Below are positions 1 to 12,171 of a DNA stretch of 64,000 nucleotides, piece after piece. Made by a program: the position numbers and the translations under genes. The notes below the pieces were generated by a model. It had not been told where the DNA came from. It did no database searches and saw only the letters and a program-made list of their open reading frames with translations. Each line of letters opens with the position of its first letter. The first letter of the stretch is position 1. Source of the stretch: Utricularia gibba (Eukaryota > Plantae > Magnoliophyta); assembly GCA_002189035.1 (NCBI GenBank), contig NEEC01000016.1:930001-994000 (forward strand), in the 5' to 3' direction.

Positions 1-3000
1 TCCATGTTGGTTGTCTCGTCCAAGCTAGCTTGAAAATCGGACGCCTCTCTGAGAACCTCTTCACAGAAAGAAACCAGCTTTGCTTCTGCTACACAGTCAA
101 GTTTCTCTTTCACCGCTTGTTCTTCATTCACTGCTGCTGTTGTCTTCTGCAGGATGTCCAGGTAAATGCTAGTTCCAGACAACTCCTGCCGGAACAGATT
201 CGACGGGGACCTATTGTTGCAGAAAAAACGTTTCAGAGCTATACAACAAAAGTAGGAAGAACATGAGGAAACTCTGTTGCAAGTCGAGATAACAACCTTT
301 CAGTTGGAATTTGGTGCATCCGCAGTCTGAGGTTGGAGCATGAGTTGTAGGAGGCAGCGAACTCCAAGACAGAATACAGAATCTCCATCAAGCTAACCTT
401 TTGCTGTGCATTCAGCTTACTCCAATATTTGCTCTGGAATTTGGAAACGGTGAAGCTAAGCCGAAAGTCAAATCTCAAATGCACAAGATATGAAGATGTC
501 TCCGCAAAAACATTTGCAATACAGGAACCAAGCTTTAGTAGGAAGAACAATGGAAAGAAAGTTAAACTGGAAGTGTTTCTGTTCACCTGAATACAATCAA
601 CGACGCCCAAGAGTAAAAGCTGAGTGATGCATTTACTCCTCACAATGTCCAGGCCAAGGCCTTCCTTTGTACCTCTCGTATCCACATCAGGAACAGCAGT
701 CTAGCAAAATCACACAGAAAAAAAAAAAAAATCTTTCACCTTGACAATAGAAGTGCAGCGGAATATAAAGTTTGGCATGTAAAGAACGAAAGATTTACAT
801 GATCACCAGCTCTTGTAGGAGAAGATGGAGTTACTTCATCAAACTCAAGTGCTTTTCGCCTCGATGTGACGCCTCTCATTAACAGGTTCTCTTTCATATT
901 TTCCATAATTTTTTGTCCAAATGATTGACTGCTCTGAAGGCTTGCAGTTTTGGAAGGATTTCCAGCTGCTCCAGGTGATGATAGAATGCCTAGACAAGAA
1001 AGCCAATATTTGAAGTTTTAGAACAGTGACAAGATGTTAACTGGAAACTGTGCATTTTACAGGCTAGCAATATAGACGAAGCACTAACCGTTGGTTCTCT
1101 CGGCATCACCATGGCTCATAGTTTCTTGATTATGATCCGCTCCATGCAAATCAACGCTAGCAACTATGAGTGCTGGAGATGAGTCCCTTGGTAGATACTT
1201 GCCCTTCTCAAAACCCGGATCATTGAGCAGCTCAAGAGGTTGGGTGGTGTAAGAAACATCCCTGCTCAGAGATCAGATGATTTACTACTCAGGTTACAAC
1301 ACTTGAAATTATCTATAAAAAAAAAGCCTCTACCTTGTGCTTTTTAACAATGCATCCCAGTCCGGGTCACTGAACTGGTAACCTCCAACTTCGATGAGAT
1401 GCACCAGAGCACCAAAAGAGATTGAGATAACTAATTGGTCATTTTTCTTGGCACAGTCGAACAGCAAACTGAGGAGTTGTGGCAGCATATGACTCACGTC
1501 CTAATGTGAGGAATCCATTACATAGAATATTTTAATATGCATACTCGACATGTTAGGCACATTTGACATGAAAGACATAGCCAAAATATTTGTTCCCAAC
1601 GCAGTGATATTCAGTGCATCAAAGGAAAAAGAAGTTTTGTGGCATTACAAAGTGGAGCTCACAAACACATCAAAAGATTCAGTAAGCTTATTACCTTGTA
1701 AAAAGAATTGAACAGATTGCACAGCAACTGCAGGGCATGAGCACTGCTTTCACGGGTCAAATCACTACTAGAGGATACAAAATCCTGTCTTCCAGCTTTT
1801 ATTATGTTGCTAAAAATGGGAAACAGGACTTGCTGGAAAATTGTCTCCCAAAATAATTTTGAAAACTGGTTACCCCTCTGATCAAGCAAATCAAACAAAA
1901 CCTCAAGTGCACAGTCTCGAATCTCTGGTCTTCGATCAGAGGTTAGGTGAGACAGGCCATTAAGCATGGCATACCAATATTTCTCAGCATAAGCATGGTC
2001 TGAAGTATTGGACGTAAGACCCTTGAAACAAGGAAAAAAAAAAAGAAAGGAAATCTTATTTCCACAACATTGCAGTGCACAAATGATAGTCACTATCGAC
2101 GCCATGGGATCAATCATTGAATGCAAAAGGAATCCAAAACTTGATAGAACTTGTCAAAGGAGAAACTTGAGTGAATAATATAAAAATCTGAAAGAAAAAC
2201 AGCATAATGACTTGATTCTCGGACACGACCGTTTCCTGTTGCAAGCTTTTTATGTGCAGTGCTTTCTGATCGTAAAGCATGCATATCAGGTTAAAAAACT
2301 GAAGGACATATAGATCAGTGTTCACCATAAACAAACCTCAGCTAGCCGGTCCTCACATATGCGGAGGAGTGCAATAGCCTTCAAGCTTATGTTTTGAGAG
2401 CACTTGTTCTTAGCAAATCCAATCAGGCAATTCACACAATCCATAAAGAAATCCTTGAAAACCTGATTGAAGTGTTCCAGCATGACTGCATCATTACCAA
2501 AAGTTCAACAATGATCATATTTCATCTTTGCATAGAATATGCCATAACAAATCATTTAACTTGGATAGACCTTGTTCCAAATTCTCAAATGCTCTTTCAA
2601 CTATTTGTTCCATGTCATTATTTGCAGATGCAGTGAAAATCATAAAAACACTCTGCCATCCAGACTTCATTCTTCCACCTCTTGACTTAATGATCTGCTT
2701 AGTATGATAATAAACATTAATATAAAAAAGCATAAAATTACACAGCGGCTTGAGATTTCTCAAACAGACCTGAATGATGGAGTTCAATAAAAGCCTTCTG
2801 AGAGCATCAGATTTGCTTCTTTCCATGAGAACAGCAATTGGGTTCAAAATATCATTTTGGAAACTGAAGTTTGGAAGTTCCAAGCGATCCAAGTACTTAA
2901 TAATCAGTTGCCTAAGAGAATCTACAGCATACATAGCAACTCTTTCATCAGCATGCTCCCCTGCAAACACGAAATGCATGGATACGACAGACCATATTCT

Positions 3001-6000
3001 AGACCAGACCTGGTAATGAAACACATAAAACTGTGAGTAATGAGTCAACTGATAGGCCTAAAAAGTATCTAATTTATCTCCATAAATAGGAAATACAAGT
3101 ACAGATACGCAACATTTTTTAGTATATAGCGAAAAACTGAGGGGGTAGATGCATATGCAATACTTTTGACAAGAGGAAACAAATTGCATTAGATGTTAGC
3201 TTCAGTAACGAACAACACAGAGTATCAAAAGATCTATCAGTTCAAAAAATTACCAGATGTATACGACCCATATTATCATAACTAATTTCGACAATCTTTT
3301 GCAGGCTAAAAGTACGAGCAGGAGTCTGTTTCAATTCCTCAGCTGATACACAGCACAAAGCAGTGAAAAACTCCACTGCTTCCTCGCTAGGCAATTTTAT
3401 GCTATTTATGAATACTTGATCTGTTGGTTTTCCTGAGAGTTGCCTCAGGTTCTGGAGAATAACATCTCGCAGCAAATGATTTGATCCTTGCATGACAGTG
3501 GCCGTAATAGGTGGCCATGAAACGACATATTCAAGTCTGGAAATGCATTCCAGGATGGCCAACCAGGATTCATGAAGGGTATATATAGCAGTGTCACATA
3601 AATCAAGAAGTGCACGCAGTGCTTCCACGTTTTTATCACGCATTTCTTTTGGTGCATGAAGAAAGTTATACCTGCATTTAAACTCAACCATGAAGAAAAC
3701 CGCAAAAATGACATAGCAATCCTAGAAGAAATAACTGCAAAACAAAAAAGATTACGCATTTCTAAACATACTTTGCAGGGGTTAGCAGTGTAATGTCAAA
3801 AGAGAATGCATAGTGCAACCACTAGCAAACTATTGTTACCTCAAGAGAGATGTCATAAATGCATAACGCATGGTGTCTATCTCAAGAGAATGCGTTAAAT
3901 GTACACCTTCTTTGAACCCTTCCATACAAAGGTTAATCCTTGAATCATTGTCTGCCTCTCCCATTGTCACAGAAAATGTAGCAAGTAAAGGCCATCCAAC
4001 AGCTTCAACAATAGGATACATGAGTTCAATTCGCTGTGAAGTGTAGAAGACCCCCATTTGTGTACCTTGGCCCTTCATGAAATTCTGTATTTTCTTGATA
4101 ATTTCCTCAACATGAAACTTGGAGCCATTGAAATATTTAGTCTTCGGAAGGGAGAGATTAAGGTTCTTGAGGATTTGCATTAGTCCCCTTTTACTATCTT
4201 TGGAATTTCGAGCATGATCAACTGTTAAGTTTAGCTTCCGTTCCACTATGGCATCGTACATGTCCTCCAAGATTTCTGTAGGAGCAGATTCTTCGTTTCT
4301 TAAACTCAAGTGAACAAATTCACTTTTTGACAATTTTTGCGAATTTTCACAATCAGCGGCAAGCATTATGATTGCATAAGCAAGGACATATACAGCATCC
4401 GCGTTCATGAATAGACCAGGATTGCCCTTGTAGTAGCTGCAAAGGAGTGATAGACCAATACTCAGTGGTAATTGCATTAAATATGAATACTGAAAAACTT
4501 CAAAAAAGGTTAACAGAAAATATTCTCTGATAAATTTGCACTCAATATATATTACACACCATTCAGAGAACTTTTCTATGATGCGGTCAACCTTCTGAGC
4601 GTCCCAGGGAAGTTGAATACTTTCTAGGAATTCATAAATGGCAATATGTAACTTCATTCCAGAAAAGTTCATCGATTCAACATAAGCATGCAATGTGGCT
4701 GTGGCGAACTCTTCATTCTGACCCAAGTAATCCCCTATCATAGCCTGTTAAATAAATTAAAAATGTGCTTCAATTTTAAAACGTGTCAATGAAAACACAT
4801 CATTTTAACCTTGTCTAAGCCAGGAGTGTTTCGGAGAAACTGAGCAACAGAAGACAGATTGTTGTCCACCAACTGAGAAGACATCATGTATTGAATGCCC
4901 TTAACAGAATTCTGGTTGAACTGTTAAAATACAAGCCAGATTCAAGCAACCTAACAGATGCAAATTCTTTCATAAGACATAAAAAGTTAAATTTGGGGCA
5001 ACCTCAGAAATTGCAGTGCCAGTGATGGAGTCGTTATCACCAGACTTCATAAAATTGGATGGCAGATCCTTCCCACTGTTTGGATCATCATCCCTTTTTC
5101 CAGATGAAAACTCTTCAACAGATTCAACAGTACCCTGATTTCCTTGTCCCCTGTGAGATTTCTCCCAAATCCCCAACGATTTTAAAACATTCACAAGAGC
5201 CTACACGCACATTAGCAAGAAGCTGATTTTGCATTTGAGAAATGAGAAAAAATTTAAAATAGAGAAGATAACAGCGAAATGGGAGGTCAAGGCCTAAAAA
5301 CATGCCTGAAGAGATGATGTTTTAACTGATTTAGAGAGTGAGGCAGCAGAGGATTTTGAATCCATGTTTTGAGTTCCTTGGGAGATTCTGGACAGCGCAA
5401 TGACCTATAAAATAAAATCCTAATATGTGAAGCTACACGCAGGTAAAAAAGGAAGTATCCATTGCATGGGAATGCATACCATCTTTTCAAAGAGGTTTTG
5501 TGCTTCAGGATCACAGTCATAATTTATATAAAGTTCTACAAGTAATTGAGGATCCTTGCAAACTCTCTCCATCATCCTACAAGGTAGATTGAAGGATATG
5601 CATTATAATTATAAAATTAGCAAAGGAAGAGGAGTTGGAGAATGAAACTTTTCACATAACTCTAGAGCAAGCAAGCAATTTAGGATGGGAAGGTTGAAAA
5701 TATCCAAAATTTGGCATCCCAGGTCAGTTAACCTGAGTACTCTTTCAAATAAAGGCTACATACCTTAGAATGATGAGTTTTTTGTTTAGATCTGAACCAT
5801 CCAGAAATCTCAGGACTATCACAGAACAAAGAATTCCAATTTCATCCTAGAGGAGGAAGTATTAGGCTTAAGAGAAACAAGAGTAGGAAGGTAAATTCAC
5901 ATATTAGGTAGAAAATGCTGCTTGATTTCAGCTAGACCTTGAAACTTTCTCTCAATCGCAACAATATAACTGACAATATTCCTACAGCGGACTGCAAAAT

Positions 6001-9000
6001 GATGACAATTACTGTTAGAAGTGAAGGCATAACATAGATTTTTAAAATGGAAAAATGCACCTGAAACAAGATAGAAGACTCGGATACTGAGGCCCGCATC
6101 AGTACAAGTGATAAGTGACCTCTGACTGAGTCAAGAAACTGAAAAATCTTTTGTGAAGAAACTCCTTCCAATGAGCTCTACAATCCAAATCAAGCACAAT
6201 ATTTAGCCAACTAAAACAGCACGTTTTTGTGAATAAAATTAGTATGGAAAATAAGCTAGGAAACCTGAAGAAGCTCCAAGACAAGTACACGAGTTTTTGT
6301 AGTTGCATCATCATTACCCTCCTTCATACCCATCTTCGCATAGAACCACAAGTTTATGAGTCACAAGTAGCCAGCAGTAGGGTGAATTAACAAATGTGAA
6401 GAAGATGCTAGAAGAAAAACCTCACAAAGGGTTTGGAGAACAAGTAAAGCATCACTTAGTTTGGCATTCATCGAGTGTGGATCCATTGCACTGAAAGAAT
6501 TAATGTGTTGGAGACAGTGAGCAAATAAACTATTTAAGAATTATAGTTTGCCCCTATAGTTACGAATCTAATTTTTCTGTACCTTGTGGCCATTCTTCTA
6601 CCTTCAGGACTCAGAGCCTGTTTAAATATGGCTTCTACGCCCTACACAAAAAGGATTCTCAAAAAATTTTTAACATATTTGGTAGGAAAGATTATTCAAA
6701 ATCCATAGGAGGTGAATACATCAAGGGTCAAAGAAACTGAAACAAAACACAGGCATAGTATTCTATTTATAAACTACAGTACACCTTAATATCATTGGCA
6801 CCAACAAGACTTTGTATTCCTTCAAAAGATGAAAGATATGTCATATTTTTCTGTTGCACATATATTAAATTCTCAGAAGCTGTCATTGTATCAGTTGAAT
6901 CCATTTCTTTGGCCTCAAGAGAATCTGCAGGTACCTGAAATTACAAGGGAGAAAAAGTGGCCTCTGGCATTCAACATCTGTACACTTGAGTAATAAAATA
7001 ATTTGGAAGCACACATGCATACCCCATCGGTTTCCAAATGTCTCAAAACAATAGAGAGCATTTGTGTTAGCATAGCCTTTGAAGTTGCCTGGTTGATAGG
7101 ATTCTTGCTGAAAATCGTAATCACAGTAAGAAGGGATAAACTTTCATCAATCTGACAGTGAATTATCATTGCAAAAACCTGTTAAGAGCAACATCAAAGC
7201 ACACCCTGATAACTCCCAGCAACGGATCACCATGCACTGCATGAAAAAGGTTGTTATTGCTGACTAACCGACAGAAACCACTGTGGGAATGAAAATACAA
7301 AAGAAGTTGTATTATTATGTGCAGGCAGGACGTACATCTCGTAGTGGTCAAATAAAACTTCATCAAGTAGAATTACAAAGCAACAAAACATTGAAAGGAA
7401 GGCAAATTGTCATGGGCATGGATCAGATTCTTCTTTTGATATCAGACACCAGGTGTCTGACATTAAAGTATAATAGGAAGTTTTAATCACCTAGCAGTCC
7501 AACATGCATCAAATTTCAGGGATATAACACTCATCAACGAAAAAGCAATCAGATAGTTTTAAAACCTATAAAAAAAAGAAACAAAGAGAAAAAAAGGGAG
7601 ACGAACAGACATGGCCTGTGATGGGAGCTTAGGGTCCATATATAGCACTTACCTCGCATTTTTGATGATGCTATGGCAGTAAATAGCACTTTCAGCACTT
7701 GAAGGGTAGTGCTGCATTACGCTTGTGTCACAGAAAATGAGAAATGTTAACAGGGACATGTGACCATGAATGCATACCTATCAGGTGTTGAGCTGCCCAC
7801 AAGACTGCAGACCATGTTGAGAATGTCCGCCAGCAATTTTGAATTTGTACCAGTATTAAGACCAGGATCACCGTCTAAATGATTGTACTCTATAAGCTTC
7901 TGAATAAAATAGCAAAAGTGACAAAATATGAGCCCTTTAAGGACAGAAGTAATATTAAGGCGCTTTAAGTATGAAAAAGAATGCCAATTTACAAGAGGTC
8001 ATCATAAAGTAAGAAACAAGATACAACGCATTACAGAACAGAATTGAAAAAATATATATATTGAAAGATTCCAAATAGGGAAGGAAAAGGAAACCATGTG
8101 AAGGGACATTGAAAAAATAAATCACGCAAGGGTATTTAAGATTTTTATACAATATCAATAGGAGAAATCAACTGCTTACGTGGAGACAATCCAGTGCAAG
8201 CTCCACAAATTTTATGTTCTTTGTTTCGAAGGCAACCCTTAGTGGATTCAGGACAATCTCAACCAGTGATCCTCCTAAGGTGTAGCCTGCGTTTGCCAAT
8301 ACTTTGTTAATGGGCTCAATTTTGTTAGCAATTCCAGAGGCAGGATCTTCCTCAGGGAGGATGGTGCTCCATTCAGATGATTATCCCCATTTTTTCCTTT
8401 TTCAGCACTAGATTCAGGTTTCTCGGAACCACTAGAAAAGGATGTTGCAAAAGAACAATTTAGCAAGGATAACCAGATAGGGCTATTTTCATACGAGGAT
8501 ACCTATCCATCAAACATTAGGAAGGTGTAGGCATGGCTAAAGATTCCTTCTTTTTCCGAGGAACTCAAGAACTAAAATAATAATAATACAAGGGAAGTCT
8601 ACTCACAATGTATTGTAAACAATAGAAGGGGATTCTAGACATATGTGTTGTAAAGGCTCGTAAAAAGAAGTTAGAAGTGCCTAAGCATTAGGGTCAAAAT
8701 CAATTGGGTGAAGTTCTTCGTATCATTGCTGTGTGGGAATCACTGTAACACACTTAAAAGAAGAGCATATTGCAAACCCGTCATTCTTGCAGCATATCAT
8801 GGCTTTGCAATCAATGGGAAATAAATACAAGTTTCGATGCATATAAATCCTCTGCCTATCACACGATAATATATGAGATCAGATGTATGAGGTCTTCCTA
8901 TTGGCCAATGCAGCATTGCATGAATGATATAAAAGGATTTTGATGCACCGAGTTAACTTACTCTTTCACATCATAGCTGACGGGGTGATCAGCGTCCTTG

Positions 9001-9290
9001 CAATAGTCTGGAATCAAAAGACATCAAATAACAGCAAATTACCTCTAGGCATTCCAAATCGTCAATCACACGCCAGCGTAAATGAAACATATCAATAAAG
9101 TGGTATGCAGATCATGAAGACAATTCAAGCATTCTCAAAAGGAACACGAAAAAATGACAAATTTCACCGGCAGCGTACCAAAGTATGTCTGAATAGCAGA
9201 CTGAAGATCACTGTATTTCTTGTTTCCACATTCCTTGAGCATGGACTCAAATGCCCGCGCCAGAAAACCGCCCGCTGCCACCCCCGCCAT
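1..9290 (-). CDS. BIG5: Brefeldin A-inhibited ARF guanine nucleotide-exchange protein 5-like (BIG5/MIN7 type; DCB-HUS-Sec7-HDS). Multi-exon, divergent Sec7, 3' end beyond the left edge
   Basis: ATG at 9290 gives [36 protein letters not shown] (BIG5 N-terminus). Further spliced exons match BIG5: [156 protein letters not shown] at the edge. Confidence 0.93.
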
Positions 9291-9595
9291 TTTACCTCCT
9301 CAAACCAATTACTCGGTTCACGGAAAACAAATCTTCTCTGGATAAAGAATCAAGTTTTACATGTCCTTGTGATGGGATTCACTGAAATTGCGTCAAGGTA
9401 TGTTTGAAACAAAAAAAAGAACATCTTTAAAAAAAGTCAATAGATCTGGCGCAGCGATGGACAGGGATGAGGAAGCCCAGCAGTTGAAACATTCGTTAAG
9501 AAAGAAAACTGGATTGTAAAATAACAAAAGAGTTTTCCTCCAAAAACAAAAAAGTAAAAAATACTGTTACCTGTGACTTCTAAAATTAGCATTAT

Positions 9596-9634
9596 TTAAC
9601 TCAATTCCTGGAAACCCATGTCAACAGCTGCCAT
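9596..9634 (-). other. Candidate uORF (MAAVDMGFQELS*) in the 5' leader of the BIG5-like gene
   Basis: Minus-strand ATG at 9634, TAA at 9596-9598, followed by a donor-like CAG|GTAAC at ~9570 (probable 5'UTR intron). Transcript extent is inferred. Confidence 0.4.
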
Positions 9635-10960
9635 TAACGAAGGGAAACCGAGAAGGGGTGTCATCCACAGAGACCCGTGTGGGGAATTGCAGTGGCTGAT
9701 TGATGTGACCTTAGGAGAGACAGTGGCGGAGTAGAGGAAAGGGTATCTGAATGAGAAATCCGCCTACGCTTCTTTCGCTCACGATTGATTCAACTCTCAA
9801 CAACTTTTCTTCTTTGTCCGATATCTCGTTTCTGCCTGAACACATTCTTCTTGAGCTCCTATTGGTGAGTATGATGGCTACCGTGTGTGTTGAGGGTAGG
9901 AAAAAAGGGCATCTTTGAAAAAAAATTCTGATTTTCAGCCCTGATGATTTGGGACATTGGTTTGTTTCGTTGGGTTCTAGTTGGAAGAGCCATCTTGCTT
10001 TTCTGCTGAAGTTCAGTTTTTGCTATCTGATTATGGATAATCTGTTGCGATTATTGACGTTCTGGGTAGCAGTTTTTTCTTCTCTTGCTTATTCCATTTG
10101 CTGCTTGTTGTGGTTATGTATACGTGATAAAAGAAAGAAAAGGAGCTTGGGTTATGTCGGCCTGTTATGTTCCTTGTTCTCTTTGAACTTCCAGCTGATT
10201 TACTCGTACATTTGTTTCTCAAAAAAGTTGTTTAGGTTATCTATTTCCTACTCACAGCATCCTTGTGTTCTTCTTATTGTCATCTCCTGGTCTCTGTGGC
10301 AGAGAACGCTGAAGGCTGGTAAATTGAATGAAAGGATTTTGAAATTGTTCGTTAACACAGGCAAGGAGGAAATTCTTTCAGCCATTACGGCTCTCAATAT
10401 CAAACACATTACGCATCCTGTTCTCCCTACTAGTAAGTCGCCTGTAACTAACTAGAAAGGCTGAACTGCTTTAGTTTTGTTTCAGACATTTAGAGTTTTT
10501 ATCAGGATGTTCGGGGAGATTCTGATGCATGAAACTGTATTACCAAATCGGGTGACAAGTAGCTCTTACTATTTCTCGGACATGGAATGCCAAAATAGTT
10601 CATGCATAAGCATCAGCTCATTAGCCTTATTCATTTCATGGAAGAATAGTGGCCTCTTGTTTAATGGTAGAAGATTGTGACAGAGAAAGTGCACCTGAAG
10701 ATTCTTGAACGTATGATGCTTAATCGTGATGCATCCTCATTTATCACTCTGTTCATTTTATAGCTGTAAAAGTCCTTAGGTTATCGGGATACAACGAACC
10801 TGAAATCATCTGTGGATTTCCTTCTCAAGTTGTCTTGCTGTTTATTTGTTTCAAAGGATTTGATTGATCAGTTTTTGCTCAAAAGCTTCTTCCTTTTCTT
10901 TCACATCTCTGTGAAGGAGAAGATATTTTCGAGGTCAAGATAATCACTTGTGTTGAAGCC

Positions 10961-12171
10961 ATGAAAATGAGCCTACTGCTCAGTGCACGGCCCCCTTCTA
11001 GTTCTTTCCCAAGAACAGCATCATTTTCCACATGCTCTCTATCGCCTACAGCTTTCAGCATCACGCTGCAGCTCATTCCAATGAGACTGCCTTTTAGAGC
11101 CCCTTGCACATTTGCAAGTGCCAGCGGCAGAAAGGAATCATCACAGCTCTCCTCCCAAGTTAGCAATCCATCATTAGGGTCGCCATTGGAAACTGAAACC
11201 TGGAGTTTCGAAGTGGGAAAATCCAGTACACCAGTTAATCTATTTGCAGCCCCCAAGTTGACCTTTGGAAGCCAAGCTCTTTTGCTCCTTTGTTGCACGG
11301 TACCTGCCCTTGACATCTAAACTTGAATATTTTGCACAGAGTGTACTGCTATTATCTCAGACTTGGCATCTTTTAACACACCACATTGTATGCAGTCATC
11401 TCTTGCTTTCACGGGTTTCGTTGTTGCAGCTCTGCCAACACTACTTGTGAGTGTAGAGTTCAGTGTTCCACCTTACAGTTTTTTATAAATGTGCATAAAT
11501 CTCATGAACATCTGTAGTGCCTTCTTGAGTAGGCAATGCGTAGAGCTGCTATGTCTCTCTCAAAACTAGCTGATACTGCATGTGAGGAGATCCCTAGCAC
11601 AGTGGCTGCTCTCAGATTATCTGGCATGGAAATCAGTGATCTCACTCTAGAGCTAAGTGATCTGAGGTGCTATATTCTTCTTCCGAATCCTATCCTACTT
11701 CAGTTTCAGTAGAGAAGATCAGCATCTAGCAACGAACATGCAATCCTTGAATTTAGAGCCTAAACTCTTCTGATCTCAATGCCGTTCTCCATGTTTCTCA
11801 GCCAAGAAATCACAGAAACGGTAGCGAAATCCGCTCAAGCAGTTGAAGCAGCTGAAGCCGGAATCAGACAAATGGGCTCTGCTGCTCGCCGGAGTACAAT
11901 ATGTGCGATCCAACTTTCACGCTGTTACTACCTAAAACTCCGGTTTGCCTTCTCCCAACCTTGACTCCACACTCTCCTCTCCCATGTAGCCATGATACAG
12001 GAAAGAGCCAGCCTCCCAGTCATTCCACTACGCCCAATTGTCATCGGAGCTGCAAAGAAAACCTTCAGCGGCGTAGATCGAGCTGCCAAGACCATTTTGC
12101 GCATCCTTTCGCGCAGTCAAGACGAGGACTCCACCGGAGAAGACAGTAACTCGAGTGCAAGTGGATGCTGA
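10961..12171 (+). CDS. Conserved plant plastid membrane protein, At1g08530-like (5 exons)
   Basis: Ser-rich transit-peptide-like exon 1 ending ...FGSQALLLLCCT|gt; then SSLAFTGFVVAALPTLL; AMRRAAMSLSKLADTACEEIPSTVAALRLSGMEISDLTLELSDL; SQEITETVAKSAQAVEAAEAGIRQMG; SMIQERASLPVIPLRPIVIGAAKKT...SGC*. All introns GT-AG and in phase. Confidence 0.85.

Noticed and set aside
10879-11316. 145-aa minus-strand ORF
   Set aside because: Antisense shadow of exon 1 of the At1g08530-like gene; no independent homology or splice support.
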